A stretch of DNA of 64,000 nucleotides from Isurus oxyrinchus (Eukaryota): the NCBI GenBank assembly GCA_026770705.1, contig JANJGN010000121.1, positions 682,001 to 746,000 on the forward strand, given 5' to 3'. Shown in pieces: positions 38,101 to 50,948 of this stretch. Numbering within the stretch: the stretch's first letter is position 1; every line of letters starts with the position of its first letter. Made by a program: the position numbers and the translations under genes. Under the pieces are notes generated by a model. The model was not told the origin of the DNA. It saw nothing but the letters and a program-made list of their open reading frames with translations, and ran no database searches.

Positions 38101-38329
38101 CTGACACTGAGTGCTGATCTGGTTTGCCAGCCTGAATTTTGCCAAATGAATCTTGAACAGGTGACCATCCACTCAGAGAGCGAGAGAGGGTTCGAAACCC
38201 AGTGACCCACAGGAGAAATTCCTGGTCAATGACTTTCCACTTTTGAGCAGAAATATCATCACAAGTCCAGAACGCAAAGGGTTAACAGCTTCAAAAAACT
38301 CAAAACATCAGCTGCTCTGTCACTTTGAT

Positions 38330-38472
38330 CTGACTTCCTCATTTTGTCTCACAGAGACACATCAACCCTTTCTAATTAAATACACAGAGGGATCAGCACA
38401 GGAAGAGGTCATTCAGCCCAAGCAGAGCGTGTGGGCAGTTCCTCCCCAGGCGAGCAGTCGGACAGGTCCTGG
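38330..38472 (+). promoter_or_regulatory. Unit D promoter (ACTTCCTC 38333-38340, TAATTAAA near 38373) and non-coding exon 1 ending at 38472
   Basis: CTGG|gtaagt donor; conserved block. Confidence 0.6.
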
Positions 38473-38916
38473 GTAAGTAACGGAACGATTGGAATTCACT
38501 TCCACCACCAACACCGTCCTTTGTTGATGTTGTGACTTTATAAAGACAGATTCCAATGATTGATGCCTTTGAAAGATTTCTACTGATTATTGAGATCCGA
38601 GTGTGAGGCTCAAGTCTGTTGTACAGAACATCTTTCTAGCTCAAGGGATGAGGGAAGTGCAGGGACATGAGCTTTGGGACATCCTGAGGTGGTGAAAGGT
38701 GCTATAGAAATGCAAGTTCATCGTTGTTTTTCTTCCTTAAAGCCTTGTAACTCTCTACAGAGCACCTATCATCCCACAGCGAGTCAAATTAGGTCTGTGA
38801 AGACATAGTCTAAAAGCAGTTCTGATCTCTCGAGAGCTGTCGGACAAGAGGTGAGGTCTCATTAACTCCTTTCTCTTTCACAGTTTGAGAGCGTATGAAA
38901 TACCTGAGAGTGGACG

Positions 38917-38956
38917 ATGATCGGGAAATCTTACTTCCTCCTGTCACTTCTCCAAG
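38917..38956 (+). CDS. Unit D signal-peptide exon (MIGKSYFLLSLLQ); exon 38884-38956
   Basis: tctttcacag acceptor, CAAG|gtaat donor. Confidence 0.88.
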
Positions 38957-39906
38957 GTAATATCATCGTCAGCTTGGACAGATTTATGGCTAATAGTCTT
39001 TGTAAAAGATCATTCTTATTGAGCTCTGATAGGGAACCGATTCAGCAGTGAGCCAGTGTACAAACTCATACCAAGTCCCATTCACCCATCACCCCTGTGC
39101 TCACTGATATACACTGACTCCCTGTCTGACAGCAGAATTGGAGGAGAGCAGAGATCTCAGAGGGTTGTAGGTTTGAAGTAGGTTACAGAGACAGGGAGTG
39201 GAGCGGAGTGATGGAGGGATTGGAAATCAAGTGTGAAAATAATCACATCGAGGTGTTGCTGGACGGGGAGCCAGTGTAGGTCAGCGAGTGACTTGTGGGG
39301 TCGGGGTGGAGGTTTGGGGAGGTGAAAGTTTGAGTAGAAAATCAAACACAAAATTCAGGGGATGAAGTCTATCTTGATGCTGAGACTCTGACAGCAATGG
39401 CCTGAAATTAGTGTCTTTTGCTGATTTTAGTCAGAATTTCCCATGAAGACAACACAGCAGCTCCTAGAATAGACAGGCTGTTCAGTGTCACACTTCCTGT
39501 CCATTCTCACCTTGCTAGATACTTCAATAAGGGAGCAAGATAACTGAAAGAGAGAAGGGAGGTAAAGCTGTCTGTGTGTAAAGGTGTCAATATTCAGTTT
39601 GTATATTTGTCTTTCTCTCGACACATGCAGAGCTCAGGCGAGAGGCACTGTGTTAGTGTGTTTCACAGTGTCTGCTGGAGTAGGGTCAGTGCTGAGCTTG
39701 GGGACAAGTCAGTCTACAATGCTGCATCGGAATCAACAATACAACAATATGGGGTTTGGATCAGAAATAATCCCTTAGACAATGAGGATCCAAAGAGACT
39801 CCTCAGACAATGAGGATCCAAAGAGATTCCTTAGACAATGAAGTGACAATGAAGATTCAGTTGACATTGAGGATCCAGAATTAAATATAGATATTTCTCT
39901 CCCCAG

Positions 39907-40275
39907 TTGGACTGTCACAAGAGTGGAAAGGTGACACTCCACGAGAGGTGACAGCGCAGGAAGGTTCGTGTGTAAAGATTCCATGTCATTACAGTTATCC
40001 ATCACATTTGGAAAGCCAACCACGAGTCGGAATCTGGTTTAATAACGAGAAACACAAATTCGACAATCCCTTTGCCTTTCACTCCAAGGATCACATTTAC
40101 GAGTTACCACGGTTCCACCATCGGACCCGGCGGTCTGGAGACCTGAAAGATGGCGACTGTTCCCTGATTATAAACAGCATCAGACGGGAAGATGCAGGAC
40201 CTTATTTTTTCAGGATAGAATTTGACAATGGTCCGAGCCATAACTATTACCATGTAACCCAGCTTCACGTTTCTG
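39907..40275 (+). CDS. Unit D Siglec-type V-set exon (...WFNNEKHKFDNPFAF...GPYFFRIEF...)
   Basis: ccccag/gtaagt boundaries, 369-bp open frame, essential Arg present. Confidence 0.92.
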
Positions 40276-40639
40276 GTAAGTGCTGTGTTATAATTACTCA
40301 ACAATTCACATCCAACACTCAATGGGAAATAACACAAACTGTGACGTTTACATATTAACACAAAACAAAGCTTATTATAACACACTGTCTGATTCTCAAT
40401 AACCGGGTGATAGCTTCCAGTTCAGTCCTAAAGCAACCTCTAATACTCACTTTAATATCAATGATTAAATAGATTGAGTGTGTCCATCAGTGTTATCAGG
40501 TTATCCAATCTTATCAAGCTGTCTAATCCTGTTTTAAATTCCCACAAATTGACAACAGAATGAGTTGCATTCCTATAGCACCTTTCACCACCTCAGGATG
40601 ATCCTAAATCAATTCACAGCCAATGAAGTGATTCTTGAA

Positions 40640-40960
40640 GCACACATTCTCCCCACTCTCTGCGTAAAGAAGTTTCTCCTGAATTCCCCATTGGATTTAT
40701 TAGTGAGGATCTTATATTGTCAGCCTCTGGTTTTGTTCATTGTGAGGAGTGGAAACATTCTCTCCATGTCTACTCGATCAAAACCTTTCACTACTTCAAA
40801 GGTCAAATGAGGTCACCCTTCAACCTTCTCTGTTCAAGACAACAGAGACCCAGCCTGTACATCCTCTCCTGATAGGTAAAGCCTGACATTGCTGAGATCA
40901 TCCTTGTGAAGCTTTTTACCACCCTCTCCAGTGTCTCTATATCCTTTTCCAAATGCTGAG
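40640..40960 (-). mobile_element. CR1 3' fragment
   Basis: 'LERVVKSFTRMI...RRLKGDLI'. Confidence 0.75.
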
Positions 40961-41219
40961 TCTGTTCTCCCCGAGCTGTGAGCTGTTCCTCCACCCTCAC
41001 CCAATCTGGTCAAATCAAGGGTCACTGAGTGAGAGTGTATTAATCTGAGTGACAGAGATTCAACAAGTGTAAAAATAGACAATTCTAAAATGATCATTGT
41101 AACCTCTCAGTTCTGATATCATCCTTATAAAAGTGCTTTCTCTTGTGGGACTGTGGTTTCTATTTGAACTGATGCTTCACGTTATATTTCTCTAAAAGGA
41201 TCCATTCTCTGTCTGTTAG

Positions 41220-41516
41220 ATTTCACAGATAAACCCACGATATTCCCTGCTGAAATTATTGCAGGAAAGCGTGTGGATGTAAGCTGCACCTTCAACACAA
41301 CGTGCAATGGAACAGCAGCACCTGTCTTAACCTGGGACACTCCCACTGACGTACCTGGATCAGTCTCAAACACTGTAACTCAGCATGGTGTCACTCTGAC
41401 CTATACTTCTGTTCTGACCCTGATCCCATCACTCAAACACCACGGACACACTCTCAGCTGCAGAGTGAGATATCCATCTGTTTCATCGAAGCGGACCCTC
41501 GTACTGACTGTGCTAT
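41220..41516 (+). CDS. Unit D first C2-set exon
   Basis: tgttag acceptor, T|gtaagt donor, 297-bp open frame. Confidence 0.92.
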
Positions 41517-41683
41517 GTAAGTACAAACACCCTTCTTTCTACATTAGCTGGAATAGTATCAAATGTGCACAGCAAGCTCCCACATACAGCACTTTGTTTA
41601 CCAACAAACCATTGGTGTTTCACTGGTAAAAAGTGAGCCCTGACAGGCAGTACATCCTTACTACTGACTCTCCGACAGTGCAT

Positions 41684-43420
41684 CATGGACTCATAGACTC
41701 ATAGACACATAGACAGAAGGAGGCCATTTAGCCCATCATGTCCATGCTGGTCAGCAACTCCCTCCCCAAGTGCATCACCTCACATATTTCCAGGTTGAAT
41801 TCCATTTGCGTCTTGATCATTCCTCCTTTATATAAGTCCAATTCATTTATATACACCACAAACAGCAAGTGCCCCAGCACTGAGCCCTGTGGAACCCCAC
41901 TGGAAACAGACATCCAGTCACAGAAACATCCCTCCACCAACACCCTCTGCTTCCTGCCTCAGCCAATATTGGATCCAACGTGCCACTTTGCCTTGGATCC
42001 CATGGGCTCTTACTTTCTTGGCCTCTCTGCCAAGAGGCACCTTATCAAAAGCCTTCCTCAGCCCATGTCGACCACAACAAAGGCATTACTCTCATCAACA
42101 CTCCTGGTTACCTCCTCAAAAGATTTGATCAGGTTTGTCAAACATGACCTTCCCTTAACAAATCCAGCTGAATATCCCAGATTAATCCTTGTCTCTCCCA
42201 GTGCAGATTCATTCTGTCCTTCAGAATTCTTACTAGTAACTTCCCCACCACCGAGGTTAGACTGACTGGCCTGTAATTTCCTGATCTATCCCTTCCTCCC
42301 TTTTTTAATAATGGGACAACATTAGCCATCCTCCAGTCCTCTGGCACCTCACCTGTGGCCAGAGAGGATTTGAAAATTACTGCCAGGGCCCCTGATATCT
42401 CTTCCCTTTCCTCCCTCAACAGCTTTGGATTCATCTCATCTGGGCTTGTGGATTTATCCACTTTTCAGGACACTAAACCCACTAGTACCTCCTCTCTCTG
42501 TGTTAATTTCATCTCATATTTCACAGTCCTCCACCCTGATGTTATACCTGCATCATCCTTTTCCATTGTGAAGACAGATGCAAAGTATTCATTGAGGACT
42601 GTACCCACGTCTTCCAGGTCCACACACACATCACCTCTATGGCCCCTAATCGGCCCCACTCTTTCCCGAGTTATTCTGCTGCTTTTTACATATTTAAAAA
42701 ACCCCTCTGGGTTTTGCTTTATTCTACCCACCAGTGCTTTCTCATGCACTCTCTTATCTTTCCTCATGTCCTTTTTCAGTTCCCCTCTGCACTATTTGTA
42801 CTCCTCTAGGGACTCTGCTGTATTGAGCCCTCAGTATCTGCCATAAGCTTCTTTTTTTTCTCAGTCCTAACCTTTATGTTCCTTGTCTTCCAGGGTTCTC
42901 CAGACTTGGTCTCCCTCTTTGTCTTTACAGGAAGATATCTGCTCTGTACTCTCGCTATTCCCTCCTTGAATGCCTCCCACTGCTCTGACACAGTTTTATC
43001 TGCAAAGAGCTTCTCCCAGTCCACTTGGGCCAAATCATATCTCATCTTAGTAAAATTAGCCTTTCCCCAGTTTAGAATTTTTATTCCCAGCACAAACTTA
43101 TCCTTCTCCATAACTGTCCTAAATCCAATTGAGTTACAGTCACCATCTCCCCTACTGATACGCTTTCCAACTTCCCCGGCGCTTTTCCATATATTAGGTC
43201 CAGAACTGTCCCCTCCCTTGTTGAGCTTTCTATGCACAGACTAAAAATCTTCTCCTGGATGCAACTTCAGAATTTTTCTCCCTCCCTACCTTGCTCACTA
43301 AAGCTGTCCCTGTTAATATTTGGGTAGTTAAAATCCCTGAGTATTACTGCTTTATTATTCTTACACATCTCTGAAATGTGATCACATGTTGGATTGTCCA
43401 TCTCTCCCTGACTGTTTGTT
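41684..43420 (-). mobile_element. Internally deleted CR1 LINE in a unit D intron
   Basis: 'GEVPEDWRMANVVPL..NYRPVSLTSVVGKLL', 'SGVPQGSVLG'; short-repeat tail at 41684-41715. Confidence 0.92.
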
Positions 43421-43974
43421 GGTTTTATATCTTGAGTCTATGAGTTCACTGGTTGAGTAAACTCGAATTGCATTCCTTCATATACACTTGTTAGTTGATA
43501 AAAACAAAAAAACTGCGGATGCTGGAAATCCAAAACAAAAACAGAATTACCTGGAAAATCTCAGCAGGTCTGGCAGCATCGGCGGAGAAGAAAAGTGTTG
43601 ACGGTTCGAGTCCTCATGACCTCAGTTCTGTCGAAGGGTCATGAGGACTCGAAACATCAACTCTTTTCTTCTCCCCCGATGCTGCCAGACCTGTTGAGTT
43701 ATTCTTAGCTGATGCTCGCTATCAATAACCAAGAGAGACCGACATTAGAACAAGCTGATTATTTATTGTAACAGAGGGCAGAGCACTAAATCCTTGCCTG
43801 CTCCCACAACCACCTCCAGCTCCAGACTTACAGTTAACCAGTGGCCCACACTGTCCAGTGATTGGTCAGTACTGTCACATGGTTTATCCACTTGTATTCT
43901 CTTAAAGGTACCTGGCACTCCACATTATCACAGGAGGCCTATAGTACACACATAACAGCATGTTTGCCTCCTCA

Positions 43975-44280
43975 GCACTGACCCTTCTACAGTGCAGCAC
44001 TCCCTCATTACTGTCTCTCTAATAGTGTAATGATCCCTCAGTAGTGCTCCTCCAACATTGCACTGGTCAATCAGAACTGACGCTCTGACTGTGCAGTTTT
44101 ATCTCAGCAGTAACCCTCCTACAGTGCAGCGCTCCCACAGTACTGTCCCTCCTACAGTGCAGCACTCCCTCAGGACTGACCCTCTGACAGTGCAGCACTC
44201 CCTCAGTACTGAACCTCTGGCAGTGCAGCACTCCCTCAATACTGACCCTCTGACAGTGCAGCACGCCCTCAATACTGAAC
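43975..44280 (+). repeat. 33-bp satellite array
   Basis: ~9 degenerate units. Confidence 0.85.
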
Positions 44281-44410
44281 TGAAGTGTCTGCCTGGATTA
44301 CGGGCTATGTGGTGAAAGAACCTACATTGACATCACACCTTTCACATTCTCAGTGTCTTTCAAAGTGCTTCACAGTCAGTGTAAGTTAACTGATCTGTAT
44401 TTGTTTTTAG

Positions 44411-44692
44411 ACGCACCACGGAATCTCTCAATTACTTATCTTGATATGATTAACGCTTCATCGATCAATATAATTGAGGGGAATTCTGCAGTGATAATCT
44501 GCTCTGTCGAGAGCTTCCCAGCTTCTAACCTGACGTGGCGCCATCTTAATGTCCCAATGAACAGAACAAGTTCCAACAATGAGCTGTGGTTGGTGATTCC
44601 TCACGTTACATCCAGGGATACTGGAGAATATCAGTGTGTGGCAGAGAATGAACATGGAGCAGTGGAGGGGTTCCTAACCATTACTGTGGAAT
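44411..44692 (+). CDS. Unit D second Ig exon (YAPRNL...IICSVESFPASNLTW...DTGEYQCVAENEHG...TVE)
   Basis: gtttttag acceptor, T|gtgagt donor, 282 bp; canonical C..W..YxC. Confidence 0.92.
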
Positions 44693-46397
44693 GTGAGTTA
44701 CACAGACTTTAATATTTCTCTCATCTCCGAACACATATACTCAGATGCTCTCCCACACACACACACACAAGCACTCACAAATGTACAGACCCAAAGTGCA
44801 TGCACACACACAATCCCACACTCATGAGCACACAGAAAGACACACTCACACACTAACACAGTAGTACACACTCCCCTGTGAGTTACCTGACCTCCCTCAG
44901 TACTGCACTGGAGAGTTCTCCTGGATTCTGGGATATGTGTTCCCATTCATATTTATCGAAGAATATCCAAATTACGAAGTCTATTCCAGAAACTCACATG
45001 CACAAAGATTCCAACTGATACTCCCCACCTCTCCATGTATCTCTCTCCTCCTTTAAGAAGCTTCCTAATCCCTAACTCTTGCCTGTCCTAACTCCTCCTT
45101 ATAATGCCCTGTGTCAAATTTTTTGAGTATCTGAGAGAAAGGGAGAAATAAGGAAGTTTAGGAAGGGATTTCCTATTAGTGAAGAGCTTACTTCATTTTC
45201 TCACCTTTCCAGTGTTCAGTTTTGCCATCATGTCCAATGACCCTGTTTATAATGGGGGCATCCTATGTAAACGTCACACTGACTTTACGTCCTCCCACCA
45301 GTGGTGGCACTGTGGTGCTTAAGCTTGCACCTCCCTGCTTTTCAGCCAACTTCACTTCACAATTTGCTACACATGCTGTAAGTTCATCGAAATTAACTTA
45401 TATATCAAACAGTAGATTTGATAATACAGTTTATTGAAAGGTTCATCCACGCTCTGGGAAGGGTTTACACTCTCCAGGAAGCAGGAATAGGCTGGATGTT
45501 GGGGAGTTCATCTTTTCCCAGAGAGTAGGGATCCTCGGGAATGTGCTGTCAGTGGGTGTGGTGGTTGCTGTCTCTCTGTTGCCTTCAAGAGGGATCTGGA
45601 GTGGTTACTAACTGGGGGAGAGATCATGGAAGTGGAGAATGATACAGCACAGGAGGAGGCCATTCAGCCCATTGTGCCTGTGCCAGATCTTTCAATGTTC
45701 TATCCAATCAGATCCACTAACCACCACTCCACTTTGCCGCCATCTTCTTCCTTCAAGTGTTTATCCAATTTCCCTTTTGAAAGTTCCTGTTGAATCTGCT
45801 TCCACCGCCCTTTCAGGCAGAACCTTCCAGATCACAACAACTCGCTCTGTCAAAACAAATTCTCCTCATCTCCCCCTCCGGTTCGTCAATCTGTGTCCCT
45901 CTGGTTACCGACCCTCCTGCCCCTTAAATACATCGATACTGTTCACCTCAACCACTCCCAGTGGGAGCGAGTTCCACATTCTCCCCTCTCTCTGGGTAAA
46001 GATTGGAACTGTTTATTAAGCGGGGGGTGTAAGTCCGTGAGGAAGTCCATCTCGATCCTGTCCGATTCGCACACGCGTCCGAGATGGATTTCCACCCTGC
46101 ACTAAACGTTTCCAGAATTTTCTACAGCACAGTCCTGTACACAGTGATGGAGAGAAACATTGGACAGGGAGTCCAACAGCACAATGATCCATTCTCACCA
46201 ATGTTCCACGCTAAGGGGAAAGTTCCGATTGTCCACTCTTAGAGTGTTTACAATGAAAACATTCATTCCACATTGAATCCCAGTGGATGGGTCAATATTA
46301 CAGCAAATGTTGCAGTGATATGAAGCTTGATTGTTCAGCCAGAGTGAGAGATTGAAAGCGGAGAGTCAGTGATGATTTCTTTCTGTGTGTTCTCTAG

Positions 46398-46537
46398 ACA
46401 GTGGAGGAGAGATTCTGCATGTGATCCTGATCCTGGGAATACGAGCTGTGATATTCCTTGTGGCTGTGGTTATCACTATCGCTGGAGTCTGTGTCTGGGA
46501 GAGACAAACAGTGAAAGGAAGTCGACAGTCTGTTTAA
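46398..46537 (+). CDS. Unit D terminal TM exon, activating type: (Y)SGGEILHVILILGIRAVIFLVAVVITIAGVCVWERQTVKGSRQSV*
   Basis: ttctgtgtgttctctag acceptor, phase 1; hydrophobic stretch with internal Arg; short Tyr-free tail; AATAAA at 47519-47524; spliced CDS of 1128 nt (375 aa) is open. Confidence 0.85.
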
Positions 46538-46564
46538 AGATTTGGACAGCAACAATCTCATCAT

Positions 46565-47155
46565 GGAACAGAAGAACGGCATTTGGCCCATCTACTCCAT
46601 GCTGTCTCTCTGTAAAGCAATCCAGTCAGTCCCATTCCCCCGTTCTATCCCCGTATCCCTTCAAGTTTATTTCTCCTCAAGTGTCCATCCAATTTCCTTT
46701 TGAAATCGTTCATTGTCTCCGCTTCCACCATCCTCGTAGGCAGCGAGTTCCAGCTCATTACCACTCGCTGTGTAAAAAAGTTCCTCCTCACATCCCCCTC
46801 TGCCCAAAACCTTCAATCTGTGTCCCCCAGTCCTTGTACCATCAGCTAATGGCAACAGCTTCTCTTTGTCTACCTGATCTAAACCCATCATCATCTTGTA
46901 CACCTCGATCAGATCCCCCCTCAATCTCCTTTGCTCCAAGGAGAACAACCCCAGCTTCTCCAACCCAACCTTGTCGCTAAAATCCCTCATCCCTGGACCC
47001 ATTCTGCTCAATCTCCTCCCCACCCTCTCAAGGACCCTCACTTCCTTCCCAAAGTGAGGAGACCAGAACTGGACACAATACTCTAGTTGTGACCTAACCA
47101 GAGCTTTATAAATGTTCAGCATAACCTCCCTGTGTTTGTACTCAATCCCTCGATT
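46565..47155 (-). mobile_element. CR1 3' fragment, antisense in the unit D 3' UTR
   Basis: Mirror of 25655-26245. Confidence 0.9.
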
Positions 47156-47879
47156 TATGAAAAGCTTATTCTTTCCATCAGCACAAACAGCAATTTCCAA
47201 GCGGACTCCCATCAGCAGACAGAGTGCAATGAAACATCGGCATGCCTGCTTCTTAATGTACGGAGAGAAACCTGGAACGAGAGATTGTCCTTCTTCTCCT
47301 CAGCAAGCTGAAACTTTTCCTTATACCTGGTGCTCCCCAGTCCTGCTGTGTGGACACATCATAACCACGGCATTGTCTGGCTGTGTGCAGCCAACATGGT
47401 CAAATAGGAATGAACAGAAATGTGACGTTGCTAAACTCTGTTCTCTGATTGGAATGTGCTTTCTGAATGCTGCACCTTTTTCATGCTGCGATAGATTGTA
47501 AGAAGCATTTGGGTTATGAATAAAATTACATTGATTAACACAAGTGATTAAAATGCTCAGCCTGTTCTGTAAATATTTATAGATTAAAATTCTTATTTTG
47601 CTGCCAAATTCTTGCCTCAAAGAAAAGCTTCTTGTTGTCACATTTTCTCTATTATATAAATTCCTGTGCCCATCCTTATTATAGAAACTTCCAATGTAAA
47701 CATGTCACATTGTAGTTGCACACTCCTGCCAGTGGTGGTGCCATTCCAAAGCTGTCTTGCTGCACAGACACAGTGAGAAATATTCTCGACGTGTACATGA
47801 TGTTGTTGTTACACGGACATCAGGCGGAATCTTGGGCAGTGCCTAGAATGCACTTAGGGCAGTGCAGACCACACTCAGA

Positions 47880-49230
47880 ACTGACAGTGCAGCGTTTCCT
47901 CAGTGCTGACCCTCCGTCAGTTCAGCGCTCCCTCATTACTGTCCCTCTGACAGTGCTGCACTACCTCATTATTGACCCTTTTCAAGTGCTTCACCCCGTC
48001 ATCATTGACCTTCTGACCGTGCAGGATTCCCTCATGGCTGACAATCTGACAGTGCAACACTCCCTGAATACTGACCCTCTGATACTGTACCCCTCCATCA
48101 CTAATGACTTTCCGACAGTTCAGCACTCCCTAGGTACAGACACTCTGACAGGGCAGCATTCCCTCAGTATTCAAACTCCCACTATGCAGCTGTCCCTCAG
48201 GATTCTCCCCCCCACAGTGCAGCACTCCCTCAGTACTCTCACTCCCACAGTGCAGCACTCCCCCAGTACTCACCCTCCCACAGTGCAGCACTCCCTCAGT
48301 ACTCACCCTCCCACAGTGCAGCACTCCCTCAGTACTCACCCTCCCACAGTGCAGCACATCCTCAGTACTCACCCTCCCACAGTGCTGTGCGAGTTGTTTA
48401 AATCAAGACTGATGCCCAAAGAGGGAGGTTTCAATGCTAAATCATTGAAATCGGAGAACATTATTTTTAGGCTGAGGGGAACTAGACTTAGTTCCTCATA
48501 TCCTTTCTTTAGCAATAACACACAGTACTAGAATCTCTGTTTAAATAAATTCCAGTTAAACTTTGCCATGAAAGGATATCTTCTCACACTCCTCTCTACC
48601 TCAGTAGTAACCCTCCCACAGTCCGGCACCCCCTCAATACTGACCCTCTGACTGTGCAAATCTCACTCAGTACAGACCCTCCGACAGTGCAGCACTCCCA
48701 CATTACTGACCCTCTGACAGTGCATCACTCCCTCATTAAGGACCCTCTTCCAGTGCAACACTCCCACATTACTGTCCCTCTGACAGTGCAGCACTGCCAC
48801 ATTACTGACCCTCTGACAGTGCAGCACTCCTACATTACTGTCCCTCTGACAGTGCAGCACTCGCTCAGTACTGACCCTCCCACAGTGCAGCACTCCCTCA
48901 GTACTATACTCCTGACAGTGAAGCACTCCCTTATTAATGACCCTCTTCCAGTGCAGAACTCCCACATTACTGACCCTCTGACAATGCAGCACTCCCACAT
49001 TACTGACACACTGACAGTGCAGCACTCCCACATTACTGTCCCTCTGACAGTGCAGCACTCCCTCAGTACTGACCCTCCGACATTGCAGCAATCCTTCACT
49101 ACTGGCCCTCTGACAGTGCAGCAATCCCACATTACTGACCTTCTGATAGTGCAGCACTCACTCAGTACTGACCCTCACACAGTGCAGCACTCCCTCAGTA
49201 CTATACCCCTGACAGTGCAGCACTCCTTCA
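47880..49230 (+). repeat. 33-bp satellite arrays (47880-48390 and 48600-49230) upstream of unit E
   Basis: Many tandem units, including a cccacattactg variant. Confidence 0.92.
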
Positions 49231-49454
49231 GTAATGATATCAGGGATTGTCAACATGTATCATACGGCCAGAGACCTGTATTGGGAACTCTATCGCCTGC
49301 GCTTCAGCCTCTGAGGTGAGGGGGAGGGGTCTAATCCCACGGAGCCAATGGAGAAGCTTGATGACTACAGCTGCCCAAATATGAGCTGACAGATCATCAC
49401 ATGGTAAACGTTTTGCTGAGAGCACAAAACATCCTCAATCTTCTCACTGATTAC

Positions 49455-49596
49455 CCACTTCCTCATTTTGTCTCACAGTGACACATCCACCCTTTCTAAT
49501 TAAATACACAGAGGGAGCAGCACAGGAAGAGGTCATTCAGCCCAAGCAGAGCGTGTGGGCAATTCCTCCCCAGGCGAGCAGTCGGACAGGTCCTGG
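49455..49596 (+). promoter_or_regulatory. Unit E promoter (CACTTCCTC 49456-49464) and non-coding exon 1 ending at 49596
   Basis: Conserved block and donor. Confidence 0.6.
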
Positions 49597-50046
49597 GTAA
49601 GTAACGGAACGATTGGAATTCACTTCCACGACCAACACCGTCCTATGTTGATGTTGTGACTTTATAAAGACAGATTCCAATGATTGATGTCTTTGAAAGA
49701 TTTCTACTAATTATTGAGATCTGGGTGTGAGGCTCAAGTCTGTTGTACAGAACATCTTTCGAGCTCAAGGGATGAGGGAAGTGCAGAGACATGAGCTTTG
49801 GGACATCCTGAGGTGGTGAAAGGTGCTATGGAAATGCAAGTCCTTCATTGTTTTTCCTTCTTAAAGCCTTGTAACTCTCTGCAGAACACCTATCATCCCA
49901 CAGAGAATCAAACTATTCTGTGAAGACATTGTCTAAAAGCAGATCTGATCTCTCGAGAGCATTCGGACAAGAGGTGAGGTCTCATTAACTCCTTTCTCTT
50001 TCAGAACTTCAGAGTTAGAAGCTGAGGAAATATCTGGGAGTGGACA

Positions 50047-50086
50047 ATGATCGGGAAATCTTACTTCCTCCTGTCACTTCTCCAAG
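50047..50086 (+). CDS. Unit E signal-peptide exon (MIGKSYFLLSLLQ); exon 50005-50086
   Basis: Intact splice sites and ATG. Confidence 0.85.
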
Positions 50087-50948
50087 GTAATATCATCGTC
50101 AGCTCAGACAGATTTATGGTGAATAGTCTTTGTAAAAGATCATTCTTATTGAGCTGTGATTGGGAACTGATTCAGCAGTGAGCCAGTGTACATACTCACA
50201 CCAAGTCCCATTCACCCATCACCCCTAAACTATCTGACTCCTGGTCCTACAACATCTCAAACTTAAGATTCACATCTCTTTGTTCAAATGCATCCATTGC
50301 CTCACACTGCCTCCTTATCTCTGTAACCTCCTGCAACTCTCCCAACCAACGTCCCAGATCTCTGTGTTACTCCAATTCCGGCCTCTTGACCATCCCCCGA
50401 TTCCCATCACTCCAATACTGGCGGCCGGGCCTTCAGCTGCCTGGGGCCTGAGCTCTGGAATTCACTCCCTAAACCTCGGCGATGGAGGAGATCAGAGGGT
50501 TTCATTTTACTGAAAACCACCACGACTACATCACAGCTGCAGTGAGAATAGACAGAGAGTCCAGCCCTCGCACTTCCTGCACAGTTTCACCATAGCAACC
50601 ATAATAAGGAAGTAAAATAACTGAAAGTTAAACCGAAGACAAACCAGTCAGTTTAGAGAGATGAGATGTTTACACAGTTTCCCTGTGTGTCTTGTAAACA
50701 CTGTGTTGGGTGGAAGACTGGCTTCACTAAACAGGGTCCTGAGGACCATGAGCCAATGTAGAATGAAGTTGTCCACTCCTGTGTCCAGGATTCTCTTCCA
50801 TCCATTATGAAACCCCTGGGGAGTTCCATGTGTGTCCTGTAGATGGTCCACACTGCAGCCAATGTGCCCCAGTGATGGAGGGGGTGGATATCGAGTCTAG
50901 TGGATCTACAAACCATCCAGAGTTAAATATTGATATTTCTCTCCCCAG

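Noticed and set aside
37475-38107. Long ORFs of TVQHSLSTDP/VLHCxRVSTE repeats (also 9677-10435, 47716-49319, 24191-25036); superficially CRISPR-like or zinc-finger-like
   Set aside because: The 33-bp unit is a multiple of 3 and stop-poor, so it is open in several frames on both strands. Units are contiguous with no unique spacers, there are no cas genes, and the DNA is vertebrate.
38917-46537. Assigning a specific gene symbol (CD33, MAG, SIGLEC14, SIGLEC15, CD22)
   Set aside because: Family motifs are clear, but orthology cannot be determined without a phylogeny; this is probably a lineage-specific expansion.
46369-46980. 203-aa ORF (and its mirror 25933-26442) as a Cys-rich protein
   Set aside because: It is the wrong frame of the TM exon running into antisense CR1; the spliced phase-1 frame is the meaningful one.
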